Notes under the pieces: model-generated
Database searches by the model: none
Told to the model about the DNA's origin: nothing
Seen by the model: the letters and a program-made list of their open reading frames with translations, nothing else
Translations under genes and position numbers: made by a program
Shown here: piece by piece, positions 1-9,716 of the stretch
How the letters are laid out: each line of letters opens with the position of its first letter
Position numbering within the stretch: position 1 is the stretch's first letter
Source of the DNA: Pyrinomonadaceae bacterium
Lineage (GTDB): Bacteria > Acidobacteriota > Blastocatellia > Pyrinomonadales > Pyrinomonadaceae
Assembly (NCBI GenBank): GCA_963724185.1
Contig: CAVRTN010000003.1
Location: 261,085-325,084, forward strand
DNA length: 64,000 nt
Direction of reading: 5' to 3'

Positions 1-17
1 TCCCTTGTGAAAAGCAG

Positions 18-100
18 GTGAAGAGTGAAAAGTGAAAGGTGAAAAGAAAGACCCGGCGAGCGCAGGCCAAACTTTTCACTTGTCACCCTTCACTTTTCAC
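18..100. repeat. REP-like imperfect hairpin (GTGAAAAGTGAAAGG family)
   Basis: Arms 18-46 and 72-100 are imperfect reverse complements around a ~25-nt loop. A related arm recurs at 56017-56043. The right arm contains the acpP stop codon. Confidence 0.6.
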
Positions 101-347
101 TATTTCTTGCCTTGTGCTGGTCGATGTAGTTGTACGCGTCGCGCACGCTCTGGATCTTCTCGGCGTCTTCATCGGGAATCTCGATGCCAAACTCTTCTTC
201 AAAACGCATCACGAGTTCAACCGTATCCAATGAATCGGCGCCCAGATCGTCGATGAAGCGGGCATTTGGAGTAACTTCGTTTTCGTCCACACCTAATTCG
301 TCGACGATAATCTGCTTGACCTTATTCTCGATCTCTTGATCGGCCAT
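90..347 (-). CDS. acpP: acyl carrier protein
   Basis: 85-aa ORF with the phosphopantetheine-attachment motif [11 protein letters not shown]. It lies immediately downstream of fabD. Confidence 0.95.
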   Translation of the reverse strand: MADQEIENKVKQIIVDELGVDENEVTPNARFIDDLGADSLDTVELVMRFEEEFGIEIPDEDAEKIQSVRDAYNYIDQHKARNSEK

Positions 348-386
348 TTGGTTTTGCTCCTCTGGAATGAAATATCAAATACTAAA

Positions 387-1326
387 CTAAGAAACACCAA
401 GGTTAGCAGCAGCACTCTTCAAGCTCGCTGTATCCTCGACATTAAAGCACTTAACTTCTCGACTAATTTGTCGCATCAAGCCGGTCAACACTTTTCCCGG
501 TCCGACTTCGACGAAGGTATCAACACCTTCTCGAATCAACAACTCGATAGACTGCAGCCAGCGCACCGGCGACGAAACCTGACGCACCAAAGACTCGCGC
601 GCCTGCTGCCCTCCTGTTATTTCAGCGGCATCAACATTTGTTACCAGCGGCGTCTTCAAATCCTGAAACACAACCGCGTCCAGATCCTCCGCTAAACGCT
701 CCTGCGCCGGCATCATCAAACTACAATGAAATGGCGCGCTGACGTTCAATTTAATCACTCGCTTTGCACCGCGCGCCGTTCAGTAGTTCACTTGCCCGAT
801 CTATTGCTTCCGTATGTCCGGCAATCACTACCTGGTTCGCCGAATTGATGTTGGCCGGAGCGCAAACCTGATTCTGCCTCGCTTCGGCGCAGGCGCTCTC
901 AATGTCCTTCAATTCAGCGCCCAATACAGCCGCCATCGCTCCCACTCCGGCCGGCACAGCTTCCTGCATGTAACGACCCCGCGCGCGCACCGTCTTGATT
1001 GCATCCGTGCGTGACAACGACTCCGCCGCGACCAGCGCTGAGTACTCACCCAGGCTGTGGCCTGCCACGTAATCAGGAGCAGGAAAACCTTCGGACTGCA
1101 ATACGCGCAGCACCGCGACTGACACGGCCAGAATTGCCGGCTGCGTATTCTCGGTCAGCTGCAAATCTTCGGGCGAACCTTCGAAACAAAGCCGCGACAC
1201 CGAAAAGTGGAGCGCATCATCAAGTTCTTCAAAGATCCGCGCAGCAACTGGAAAATTCTCAACCAGATTTTTTCCCATCCCCGGATGCTGCGAACCTTGC
1301 CCGGGGAAAATGTAAGCTAGTGACAT
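387..1326 (-). pseudogene. fabD: malonyl CoA-ACP transacylase, one frameshift as sequenced
   Basis: Fragments are 751-1326 (FPGQGSQ, active-site GHSLGEY) and 387-758 (NVSAPFHC, VGPGKVLTGL). Removing one base from the GC run at ~769-776 restores GAGAKRVIKLNVSAPFH, which matches the E. coli FabD region AGAKRALPLPVSVPSH (from memory). Confidence 0.9.
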
Positions 1327-1330
1327 AATC

Positions 1331-1417
1331 GGTAAATGGTAAATCGTAAATGGTAAATAGTTAACTTGCGCCTACGATCGGTTCCAACCTACTATTTACC
1401 ATTCACCATTTACTATT
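1331..1417. repeat. REP-like hairpin (GGTAAATGGTAAAT / 'VNGKW' family)
   Basis: The left arm (1331-1360) and right arm (1392-1417) are imperfect reverse complements. The same family occurs at 3878-3959 and 54816-54894, with a single arm at ~8376-8402 and a degenerate arm (several mismatches) at 51108-51140. Confidence 0.7.
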
Positions 1418-1428
1418 CAACCCGTCGT

Positions 1429-2415
1429 CTACCATCGCATCAACACGCCGCCCCAGGTAACGCCGCCGCCAAACGAGGCCATCAGCACGAGATCGCCCGG
1501 ACTGATTTTTCCGGCTTCAACTGACTCGTCCAGCCCAATCGGAATTGACGCAGACGAGGTATTTCCGTGTTGCGAGATACCCGAATAAACGCGCTCGCTT
1601 TCCACGTTCAGCTTGTTTGCCACCGCGTCAGTGATTCGCTGGTTCGCCTGATGCGGAATGAATAGCTTGACGTCTTCCGCGCTAAGACCGGCCTCTTCCA
1701 GCACTTCGCGCGAAATGTCGGCCATCGAACGGACTGCGACTTTAAACAGCTCGTTGCCCTTCATCTTGAAGAAGTGGTCGCCGGCTGCCAGAGTTTCAGC
1801 GGTTGGTTTCCGTCGCGTTCCGCCGCCGGGCGAATAGAGTTGTTCGAGGTATCTGCCGTCGGATCTGATTCGCGCAGCGAGAATTCCGCGATCGCCTTCA
1901 ACGGCTCCGAGCACAGCAGCGCCAGCGCCGTCACCAAACAACACGCAGGTCTGGCGATCGGTGTAGTCGACGTATCGCGTCAAGACTTCTGCGCCGATGA
2001 CCAGCGCGTACTTTGATTGGCCGGTGCGAATCATCGAATCGGCGAGGGTCAATCCATACAAAAAGCCGGAGCAGGCTGCAACGATGTCCATCGCCGCAGC
2101 TTTGTTGGCGCCGAGCTCGGCTTGAATGATGCAACCTGTAGAAGGAAGGATTTGATCCGGAGAAACGGTGGCGCAAAGGATCAGGTCGATATCTTCGGCC
2201 TGAAGACCGGCGCGCTCGATGGCTTGCCGCCCGGCGCGCACCGCAAACTGGGAAGTGTATTCCTCCGGCGCCGCCTTGCGCCGCTGCTTGATGCCGGTGC
2301 GCGTGGTGATCCACTCGTCAGACGTCTCCACGATCGTCGCCAGATCAGCATTCGTTAAAATGCCTTCGGGATAGGAATGCCCGGTGCCGAGTATGCCGGC
2401 TCGCTTAGTTACCAT
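1429..2415 (-). CDS. fabH: 3-oxoacyl-ACP synthase III
   Basis: 328 aa with catalytic-triad contexts AACSGFLYG (Cys), IPHQANQRI (His) and HGNTSSASIP (Asn). It lies between plsX and fabD. Confidence 0.93.
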   Translation of the reverse strand: MVTKRAGILGTGHSYPEGILTNADLATIVETSDEWITTRTGIKQRRKAAPEEYTSQFAVRAGRQAIERAGLQAEDIDLILCATVSPDQILPSTGCIIQAELGANKAAAMDIVAACSGFLYGLTLADSMIRTGQSKYALVIGAEVLTRYVDYTDRQTCVLFGDGAGAAVLGAVEGDRGILAARIRSDGRYLEQLYSPGGGTRRKPTAETLAAGDHFFKMKGNELFKVAVRSMADISREVLEEAGLSAEDVKLFIPHQANQRITDAVANKLNVESERVYSGISQHGNTSSASIPIGLDESVEAGKISPGDLVLMASFGGGVTWGGVLMRW

Positions 2416-2485
2416 TTATTCACTCAGTTGATGTTTGGCCGGTAATACTATCCACAAGCTCCAGGAAAACCAAGCACGTTGAAGG

Positions 2486-2607
2486 CTCAAGCAGTTCAGA
2501 GTTCAAACTTTAGTTTGCGTTTTTCACGGGTCCTGGCAAGCTAAAGCATGAACTCTGAACTGCTTGAATCAACTCTAAACTGCCCGCAAACTAACAGTTT
2601 GCGTTAC
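2486..2607. repeat. Composite REP-like palindromes (CGCAAACTnnnAGTTTGCG family plus a flanking inverted repeat)
   Basis: CTCAAGCAGTTCAGAGTTCA (2486-2505) pairs with TGAACTCTGAACTGCTTGA (~2549-2567). There are internal palindromes CAAACTTTAGTTTG (~2504-2517) and CGCAAACTAACAGTTTGCGTTAC (2585-2607). Confidence 0.7.
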
Positions 2608-2641
2608 CGCATGCCGCGCGTTGGTTTCTGCGATTCCACTT

Positions 2642-3661
2642 TCAATCGCCGCCGCCGGCCCGGCTTTCAGAAAACTCTTTCACGTTCCGAATCGCATTTC
2701 GGATTGCCCGCGAATTCGAACTGCCGTGCCCGATTATCACAATCTGTCTGACGCCAAGAAGCGGCGCTCCGCCATGTTCCGAGTAGTCGAGCCGTTTCTT
2801 AATATTTCGAAACGCAGGCTTCGCCAGCATTGCTCCTGCTTTTGTAACCGCCGATGCCGTGAGCTCGCGTTTAATCATCGAGAGCATAGCATCGGTCAAC
2901 CCTTCGGACAGCTTTAGCATCACGTTTCCGGTAAAGCCGTCGGTAACAATCACGTCAACCGCGCCGGAAAAAACATCACGTCCTTCGACGTTGCCCATGA
3001 AGTTAAGGCTCGACATTTCCCGCAGCAGAGGAAACGCTTCCTTCGTCAGATCGTTACCCTTTGCTTCTTCCTCGCCGATGCTCATCAAGCCGACTACCGG
3101 CCCGACCGTTCCGAGCACCGCGCGCGAATAAGCGTCGCCCATGATCGCAAACTGGACCAGATGCTGCGGCTTGCATTCAGAATTCGCGCCCACGTCGAGC
3201 AACAAAGTCGGCTTCGCAGACTTCGTCGGAATCAGCGCGGCCAGCGCCGGCCGGTCAACGCCCGGCAGCATGCCCAGCACCATTTTCGCCGTGGCCATCG
3301 CGGCGCCGGTATTACCGGCGGAAATAAAGCCGTCCGCCTTCCCTTCCTTAACCAGCCTCGTTCCGACTCTCAAAGAACTCTTCTTCTTGCGTCGGACAGA
3401 ACTCGCTACCGGCTCGCCCATGCCGATCACTTCGGCAGCTTCGACAAACTCGATACCGCGATCGCCGTCGCCTCTCCAGCCGCAGCGTTTGAGCTCCGGT
3501 ACGACCTTTTCCGGCTGGCCGACAAGAATCACCTGAACGCCGAAATCACGAGCGGCTGCAAGCGCTCCGTCAATCTCAGGGTGCGGCGCGTGGTCGCTTC
3601 CCATCGCGTCGAGAACTACTTTTCCCGTCAGTCGGGTTTCATTCTTCGACTGGTTTCGCAC
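2642..3661 (-). CDS. plsX: phosphate acyltransferase PlsX
   Basis: 339 aa with an N-terminal LDAMGSDHAP motif typical of PlsX. It sits in the conserved rpmF-plsX-fabH order. Confidence 0.92.
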   Translation of the reverse strand: MRNQSKNETRLTGKVVLDAMGSDHAPHPEIDGALAAARDFGVQVILVGQPEKVVPELKRCGWRGDGDRGIEFVEAAEVIGMGEPVASSVRRKKKSSLRVGTRLVKEGKADGFISAGNTGAAMATAKMVLGMLPGVDRPALAALIPTKSAKPTLLLDVGANSECKPQHLVQFAIMGDAYSRAVLGTVGPVVGLMSIGEEEAKGNDLTKEAFPLLREMSSLNFMGNVEGRDVFSGAVDVIVTDGFTGNVMLKLSEGLTDAMLSMIKRELTASAVTKAGAMLAKPAFRNIKKRLDYSEHGGAPLLGVRQIVIIGHGSSNSRAIRNAIRNVKEFSESRAGGGD

Positions 3662-3681
3662 AGACGATAGTTATTGTCGGT

Positions 3682-3864
3682 TTAGGTTTGCTCGACCTGC
3701 ACTACCTGGCGGCCCTTGTAATGGCCACACTTCGGGCAGACTCGGTGTTGCATGCGGGGCTCCTGGCAATTCGGGCAGAGAGTTGGCTGCGGAACTTGCA
3801 GGGCATCGTGCGCGCGTCGCTTGCCGCGGCGGGCTTTGGAATGTCGTCGTTTAGGATTTGGCAT
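3682..3864 (-). CDS. rpmF: 50S ribosomal protein L32
   Basis: 60 aa starting MPNPKRRHSKARRGKRRAH, with a CPNC...CPKC zinc-ribbon pair. Confidence 0.93.
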   Translation of the reverse strand: MPNPKRRHSKARRGKRRAHDALQVPQPTLCPNCQEPRMQHRVCPKCGHYKGRQVVQVEQT

Positions 3865-3877
3865 AATTACTCCGATT

Positions 3878-3959
3878 CGTAAATGGTTAATGGTAAATGG
3901 TCAATGGTAGAAACTGGAACGCTCGTTCTCTATTTACCATTCACGATTTACCATTCACC
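3878..3959. repeat. REP-like hairpin ('VNGKW' family)
   Basis: Arms 3878-3910 and 3930-3959. The right arm encodes the last residues (LVNGKS*) and the stop codon of the yceD ORF. Confidence 0.7.
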
Positions 3960-4471
3960 AGCTTCTTCAGTCCCGCCCAGCGCGGGTCAACGTATTCCTC
4001 GCCGCATCGGCAATCGGTTACGTTTCGGTCTGCACCACAGGTTGGGCAAACGCCTTTGCAGTTTTCCTGGCAGACCAGGTGGGTTGGCACTGCCAGCAGC
4101 AGTTCTTCCCTCACCAGTTCGTCAAGATCAATTTGCTTCCCCGTCGAAGACGGAAACATCGAGGTCTTCTTCAGTCAACTCTAACGTAGGCTCCGCTGCT
4201 TTCTGCGCCTGGTAATCCGCCCGCGTTATATATTTCAGGTCAAAGCCGAGTCGACCGGAAACTCTATCGGCTTCAAACAGCGATCACATTCAAGCTGCAG
4301 TTTCGCGGCCACTTTGCCGGTAACCTTTACGCGGTTGCCGTCACTGCGAACCTGTCCCGAAACTACGGGCGGCACGAGCAGCCGCACCCACTCATCCTGC
4401 AGATCCAGCTCGCCCGGTTCGTAAGTATGAGCAAACTTGCCCTTGCCACCTTCCAGACTTGCTAGTATCAA
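3941..4471 (-). pseudogene. yceD: YceD/DUF177 family protein, frame break as sequenced
   Basis: Fragments are 4235-4471 (ECDRCLKPIEF) and 3941-4159 (CKGVCPTCGADRN). Both Cys motifs are typical of DUF177. The gene sits in the canonical position upstream of rpmF, and the total span (~177 codons) fits the family. Confidence 0.8.
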
Positions 4472-4532
4472 TCCGCATCAAATCACACTCTAGCGCGAAC
4501 AGCGTAAAATATCGGCTAATGCGCAAAAGGTC

Positions 4533-4560
4533 ATTATAACTACAGGGACAGGAGTGTCAA
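4533..4560 (-). promoter_or_regulatory. candidate sigma-70 promoter of the yceD-rpmF-plsX-fab operon
   Basis: On the minus strand: TTGACA (4555-4560), 16 nt, TATAAT (4533-4538). It lies about 60 nt upstream of the yceD start. Confidence 0.45.
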
Positions 4561-4837
4561 CGACACGGCCAATGCAGTAATGCCCGCGAGTGCGTTGGTT
4601 AACGCCTTGAAGTCGCCGACCTCTCGGCGCTCTGGCCTCCCGTGAACCGTTGTACACTCTTGCTGCTTGAATAGTCCTAACAATGCGGCGTAATGCCGCC
4701 GCGGACTAAAGCACCGACTGGTCGGCGCACTCCAAGGAGTTAACGATCTTCAGCCTGAAAAGCCCTTGTTCCAGCGTGTCCAAGGCTTTGTTCAGGCGGA
4801 CTAGCCGCCTTCTTCCTAAGGGAAAACTTGCAAACTC

Positions 4838-6097
4838 CTACCGCCGCGCACTCCCCGCACCATCTGAGACGTTCTCACTGGGCCCGTGAGCGCTCAGGGC
4901 ATCCTCTCTCAGCGCGTTTACAAGACGCCGTTCGCCTTCTGTAATAAGCTTTCGCGACCTTGCGGTCGACACGCGAAAGGCATGGGTAACACCTGAGGCG
5001 CGAGTTTGGCTTGCCACTTTCGGCGAACTGGCCGACACGAAGCTCCCGGTCCCCGCCTTTTCAAAATATTTGTTGGCCAGCGTCGTCTGCCCGCCTCGCT
5101 CACAAACCAACCCCAGCAAGTGAAGAGCCTCGCTGTAATCCTGATCAAGCGCAACCGCCTTGCGCAGATGTCGTGCGGCGAGAGTATCGCTGCTGAGGCC
5201 ATAGTAGAGTCGTCCCAACGCGTAGTGGGCCTCCGGCGAAGCGCGTCGGGCAATCGCCAACTTAAACTCGCGGACGGCGTCCTCCCATCGTTCTTCGGCA
5301 ACAAAAAGCCTTGCCAACCCAAAATGCGCGGCAAACGATGAACGTCCGCTGCTGGTAGCTTTTTGCAGCAAGATCCTTGGCACGTTCTGCTTCGCCCTCA
5401 TCAGCGCACGTCAAACCAAGCAGCAACTGTAAACGCTCATCAGCCGGCTCAAGCTCATATGCCTGCGAGAGAAAACCACGAGCCTTGGCCGTTTTTCCGG
5501 ACTTATAAAAGAGTTCACCAAGGAACGAAAGCAAAGGAGCATTGTCTGGACTCAGGTCTGCCGCTCGCTGCAGAGCGCGGATGCCGCGCGGTAACTTGAT
5601 CATCCTCAATCAGCAGGAATCCCTGATTTAGCTGATTCTCAAAGGCGGAGCGATCACTGCCGGAGAACTTCGCCATTATCCTCAGACGCAACGCTTCCCG
5701 GCGTTCGCTCTCCAGTTGCTCCTCAGCGTCTCTCTGGCACCGTGTTGATCCACAGTCGTTCGAGCCGATCATTCTCGATAATTCCGTCATCAGTGAGAAG
5801 GCCCGCCAGCGCCTTCACCAGCGCGCGGTCAAAATGGGAATTCTGTGCCTGCCGCAGCAGCAGATCGAGGGCGCGCTCGAGTTTTTCCGTCAACCGCGCC
5901 TGGCGGTTCTCAAGTCCGGAAATCCGTTCCAGCAGGTGTTCCTCATTGGAGGGAGTTGGATCATAAGCTTCATACCGAGCGGCCGGCGGTTCAACCACGA
6001 TCATGAGTCGCATGCCGCAGCGCGCGCAAAACTCCCGGCCCAGGGCGTTCACCGCGAGGCACTTCTGACAATAATGAGAAACTGAAGTCATCTTCAT
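4838..6097 (-). pseudogene. zinc-ribbon plus coiled-coil plus TPR-repeat protein, about 3 frameshifts as sequenced
   Basis: Fragments 5723-6097 (CQKC...CARCG zinc ribbon), 5515-5790, 5262-5609 and 4838-5401 (TPR-like A..Y..LG repeats) read through as one ~420-codon gene. Confidence 0.6.
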
Positions 6098-6114
6098 AGG
6101 TAACGCAAAAACAT

Positions 6115-6198
6115 GTAACGCAAACTGTTAGTTTGCGATCTTCTGTTCGGTTGACACGTCGCGTTGTCGACTGCACGCAAACTAACAGTTTGCGTTAC
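6115..6198. repeat. REP-like pair (CGCAAACTnnnAGTTTGCG family)
   Basis: GTAACGCAAACTGTTAGTTTGCG (6115-6137) and CGCAAACTAACAGTTTGCGTTAC (6176-6198) are exact reverse complements. Each unit is also self-palindromic. Confidence 0.8.
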
Positions 6199-6205
6199 AA
6201 ACACT

Positions 6206-7053
6206 CTAGTACTCGTAAAATCCGCGTCCTGTTTTTCTACCCAACCAACCGGCATCAACATACTGCCTCAGCATTGGGCAGGCACGATACTTCGGATCAC
6301 CAAAACCATCGTACAAAACATTCATGATCGCCAGGCAAACGTCCAGCCCGATGAAGTCGGCGAGCGTGAGCGGGCCCATCGGATGGTTCATTCCCAGCTT
6401 CATGATTCCGTCAATACTCTCGCGCGTGGCCACGCCTTCGTAAAGTGTAAAGATTGCCTCGTTGATCATCGGCATGAGCACGCGGTTGGAAACAAATCCC
6501 GGCGAATCGTTGCAGTCAAGCGCCGTCTTGCCAAGTTTTTCCGTGAGCAGCCGCGACCTTTTCATACGTCGCATCTGACGTCGCAATTCCACGGATTACT
6601 TCCACCAGCTTCATCACCGGCACCGGATTCATGAAATGCATGCCGATGACTTTGTCCGGACGTCCGGTTGTCGCGCCCAGCTTTGTGATTGAAATAGACG
6701 AGGTGTTTGACGCGAGAATGCTTTCAGACGGCGTAATTCTGTCGAGTGACTTGAAGAGCTCGGTCTTCACCTTCAGATCTTCCGTTACAGCTTCGATCAC
6801 AAAGGAGGCTTCGCTCAGAGCCTCGAGTTCAGTCGTTGTCTTGATGCGTCCAACGACCGCCTGCTTTCTCCTCAGCAGTCAATCTCTCTTTGTCTACGTC
6901 ACGCTGCAGACTCTTATCGATGGCGGTCATCCCGCGCTGCAGAAACTCGTCCTGCACGTCGCGCATCATAACGCTGTAGCCTGCGCGCGCCGCCACCTGG
7001 GCAATCCCGTTGCCCATTGTTCCCGACCCAACTACGCCAATTGTTTCGTTCAT
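6206..7053 (-). pseudogene. 3-hydroxybutyryl-CoA dehydrogenase, 2 frameshifts as sequenced
   Basis: Fragments are 6829-7053 (Rossmann VGSGTMGNGIA), 6516-6800 and 6206-6592 (C-terminal dimerisation domain, [11 protein letters not shown]). The span of ~282 codons fits the family. Confidence 0.85.
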
Positions 7054-7055
7054 AA

Positions 7056-7127
7056 GTCAGAACCACCTGCGTAAGCGGGTGGCTATTGAGGTTTGCAAAT
7101 CCGCCCGCTTACGCAGGCGGTTCTGAC
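7056..7127. repeat. REP-like long GC-rich hairpin
   Basis: GTCAGAACCACCTGCGTAAGCGGGTGG (7056-7082) pairs with CCGCCCGCTTACGCAGGCGGTTCTGAC (7101-7127), giving a near-perfect 27-bp stem. Confidence 0.8.
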
Positions 7128-7136
7128 AGGACCTAC

Positions 7137-8332
7137 TTATCGCTCCACTGCCATCGCTACGGCGTTGCCACCGCCGAGGCAAAGTGAAATAACTCCTCGG
7201 TGCGCATCGCGGCGTTTCAACTCATAAAGCATCGTCGTCAACAATCGCGAACCTGACTGCCCAATCGCGTGTCCCAGCGCCACCGCTCCGCCGTTAACAT
7301 TTACTCGCGCAGGATCCAAACCAAGTTCCTTAATAATTGCGACTGCCTGCACGGAAAAGGCTTCATTGAGTTCAATTAGATCTACCTCGCCAATCGCCCA
7401 ACCTGCTTTCCGCAACACCTTCCGAATCGCTTCCACGGGCGCCATCATCACCATCGCGGGCTCAACACCGGAAGTGGCCTGGGCCACGATGCGCGCCATC
7501 GGCTCAACGCCCAGCGCCTTGCGCTCGATCACAGCGACGTAACGACGACCGCTGACGCGCCGTCATTCACACCTGGCGCATTACCCGCCGTAACAGTTCC
7601 GCCTTCTTTCTTAAACGCTGGTTTCAGTTTTCCCAGCGACTTCGAGCGACGTGTCTTCGCGCACCGTTTCATCAGTGTCGAAAATCAACAGCCGCGCCCT
7701 TCTTCTGCGGAATCTCGACCGGCAACTATCTCGTCCTTGAACTTCCTTCTTTGATTGCCGCCGCGGCTTTACGATGGGAATTCAGCGCATACTCATCCTG
7801 TTCGGCCGCGGCTCACGTCAAACTTCTCCGAAACGACTTCCCCAGTGCACCCCATGTGGTAGTCGTTGAACGCATCCCAAAGACCATCGTTGATCATTGC
7901 GTCGACCAGTACACCATTGCCGAGCCGGTATCCCTCCCGGCCCTTGGGAATCAGGTAGGGCGCGTTTGACATCGACTCCATTCCGCCCGCGACAACGATA
8001 TCGGTATCGCCAAGTTGGATGCCCTGTGCCGCCATCATCACCGCCTTGAGACCCGATCCACAAACCTTATTCACTGTCACCGCCGACACTGCCGGCAACA
8101 AGTCCGCCGCGCAACGCCGCTTGGCGGGCAGGGTTCTGGCCCAGCCCGGCCTGGATAACGCAACCCATGATCACTTCATCAACGTCTTCAACGGGCACAC
8201 CCGCGCGCTTGACGCTCTCGCGCACAACAATGGCCCCAGATCTGTCGCAGTAAATCCCTTCAACGAGCCGAGAAACTTCCCCACCGGAGTTCTGGCTGCG
8301 CTGATGATCACTGCTTCCCGCGTTTCACTCAT
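7137..8332 (-). pseudogene. acetyl-CoA acetyltransferase (thiolase II), several frameshifts as sequenced
   Basis: The N-terminus [20 protein letters not shown] starts at 8332. Fragment 7793-8101 carries [12 protein letters not shown] (active-site Cys). Fragment 7137-7532 carries [19 protein letters not shown] and CLGGGNAVA. Confidence 0.85.
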
Positions 8333-8430
8333 TCGTAACTCCAAACCGCTTCGAAAGAAATGTTCGATAAATATTATCTGTTTACGATTTACTATTTACC
8401 CGCAGGGGTGTCAAGGAAGCGACCTTGAAA

Positions 8431-8506
8431 CGCAAACTGTTACTTTGCGATCGCTCGCAACCAAGTTGCCGGTTAAGCTGTGACGCAGACCAACAGTTTG
8501 CGTTAC
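8431..8506. repeat. REP-like units (CGCAAACT family)
   Basis: CGCAAACTGTTACTTTGCG (8431-8449) and CAACAGTTTGCGTTAC (8491-8506), in the divergent thiolase / NTP-transferase spacer. Confidence 0.6.
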
Positions 8507-8592
8507 TTGATCGCTCAATTGATAAGCCGCACGACCGGATGTTAGACTCGAATCGCTATTCAACCTTCAAACCAAAATTCTAATAATCAAAC

Positions 8593-9649
8593 ATGCAAGC
8601 TCTAATTCTTGCCGGCGGCAAAGGCACGCGGCTGCGCCCGCTAACTGTCTACACTCCGAAGCCGATTGTGCCAATTTGCAATCGCCCTTTCCTGCTTTAT
8701 CAGATCGACACGCTCCGCCGCGCAGGTATCACCGACATCACGCTTTCGCTTTCGTACCAGCCCGACAAGATCGAGCAACTTCTCGGTGACGGTTCCGCAC
8801 ATGGCGTTAAGCTCAAATACACAGTGGAGCCGCAGCCAATGGGAACCGCGGGCGCATACAAGTTTGCAGAAGACCTGATTCGAGAGCCGACAGTAGTTTT
8901 CAACGGCGATATTTTGACCGACCTCGATCTGAAAGCTGTCATTCGCGAACACAGCGATCGGCAGGCGACCGCGACTGTAGTTTTAACGCCGGTTGAGAAT
9001 CCGTCTGCTTATGGTCTGGTGGAAACTGAAAGCGATGGCCGCATCCGCAGGTTTCTGGAGAAGCCAAAGGCGGATGAGATTACCTGCAACACAATTAATG
9101 CCGGCACATACATATTGGAGCCGAAAGTGCTCGACTTGATTCCAACCGGCGAAACTCATTCGTTTGAGTACGGACTGTTTCCGGAACTGTTGAAACGAAA
9201 TGAGACTTTCTATTGCGCACGTCTCACCTCGTACGTACTGGATCGATATCGGAACGCCGGAACGCTATCTTCAAGTTCATCAGGATCTGCTGGGAAACAA
9301 AGTCGGGCGCATTCATTTGAAAGACCGGCGCGGTGCATTCGATTCCGCAACCGCCGCCGAGCTCGACGAACTTTCGGTGATCGGTGACGACTGCCAGATC
9401 AAACCGGGCGCCCAGGTCATCAACTCAGTACTCGGAAAGGGTTGTTTTCTGGAAGAACAAGCTCGCGTGGAAAACTCGGTGGTTTGGCCGCACACGCGCG
9501 TCGGCACTGCCGCGGTGGTAACCGGCGCAATCATCGGTCGAGGCTGCCATATTGGACGCTCCGCGATCGTTGGCCCAGGCTCTGTCCTGGGCGACAAAAC
9601 TTCGCTGACTGACTACACAATCACCGGCCAACTGTCCGACAAACTTTAG
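8593..9649 (+). pseudogene. sugar-1-phosphate nucleotidyltransferase (mannose-1-P guanylyltransferase-like, N-terminal NTP-transferase plus C-terminal left-handed beta-helix), 1 frameshift
   Basis: Fragments are 8593-~9215 (LILAGGKGTRLRPLT signature) and 9200-9649 (YWIDIGTPERY, hexapeptide-repeat tail). It is followed by a phosphomannomutase gene. Confidence 0.8.
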
Positions 9650-9700
9650 TTTGTCGAGTTTTTCACAGCCAACCAAAATCGACACACTGAAGTTTGTCGG
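9637..9700. repeat. REP-like palindromes (CGACAAACTnnnAGTTTGTCG variant)
   Basis: CGACAAACTTTAGTTTGTCG (9637-9656) contains the stop codon of the upstream gene. The second unit is CGACACACTGAAGTTTGTCGG (9680-9700). A related unit lies at ~23189-23220. Confidence 0.65.
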
Positions 9701-9716
9701 ACACTTCTGATTCCAA

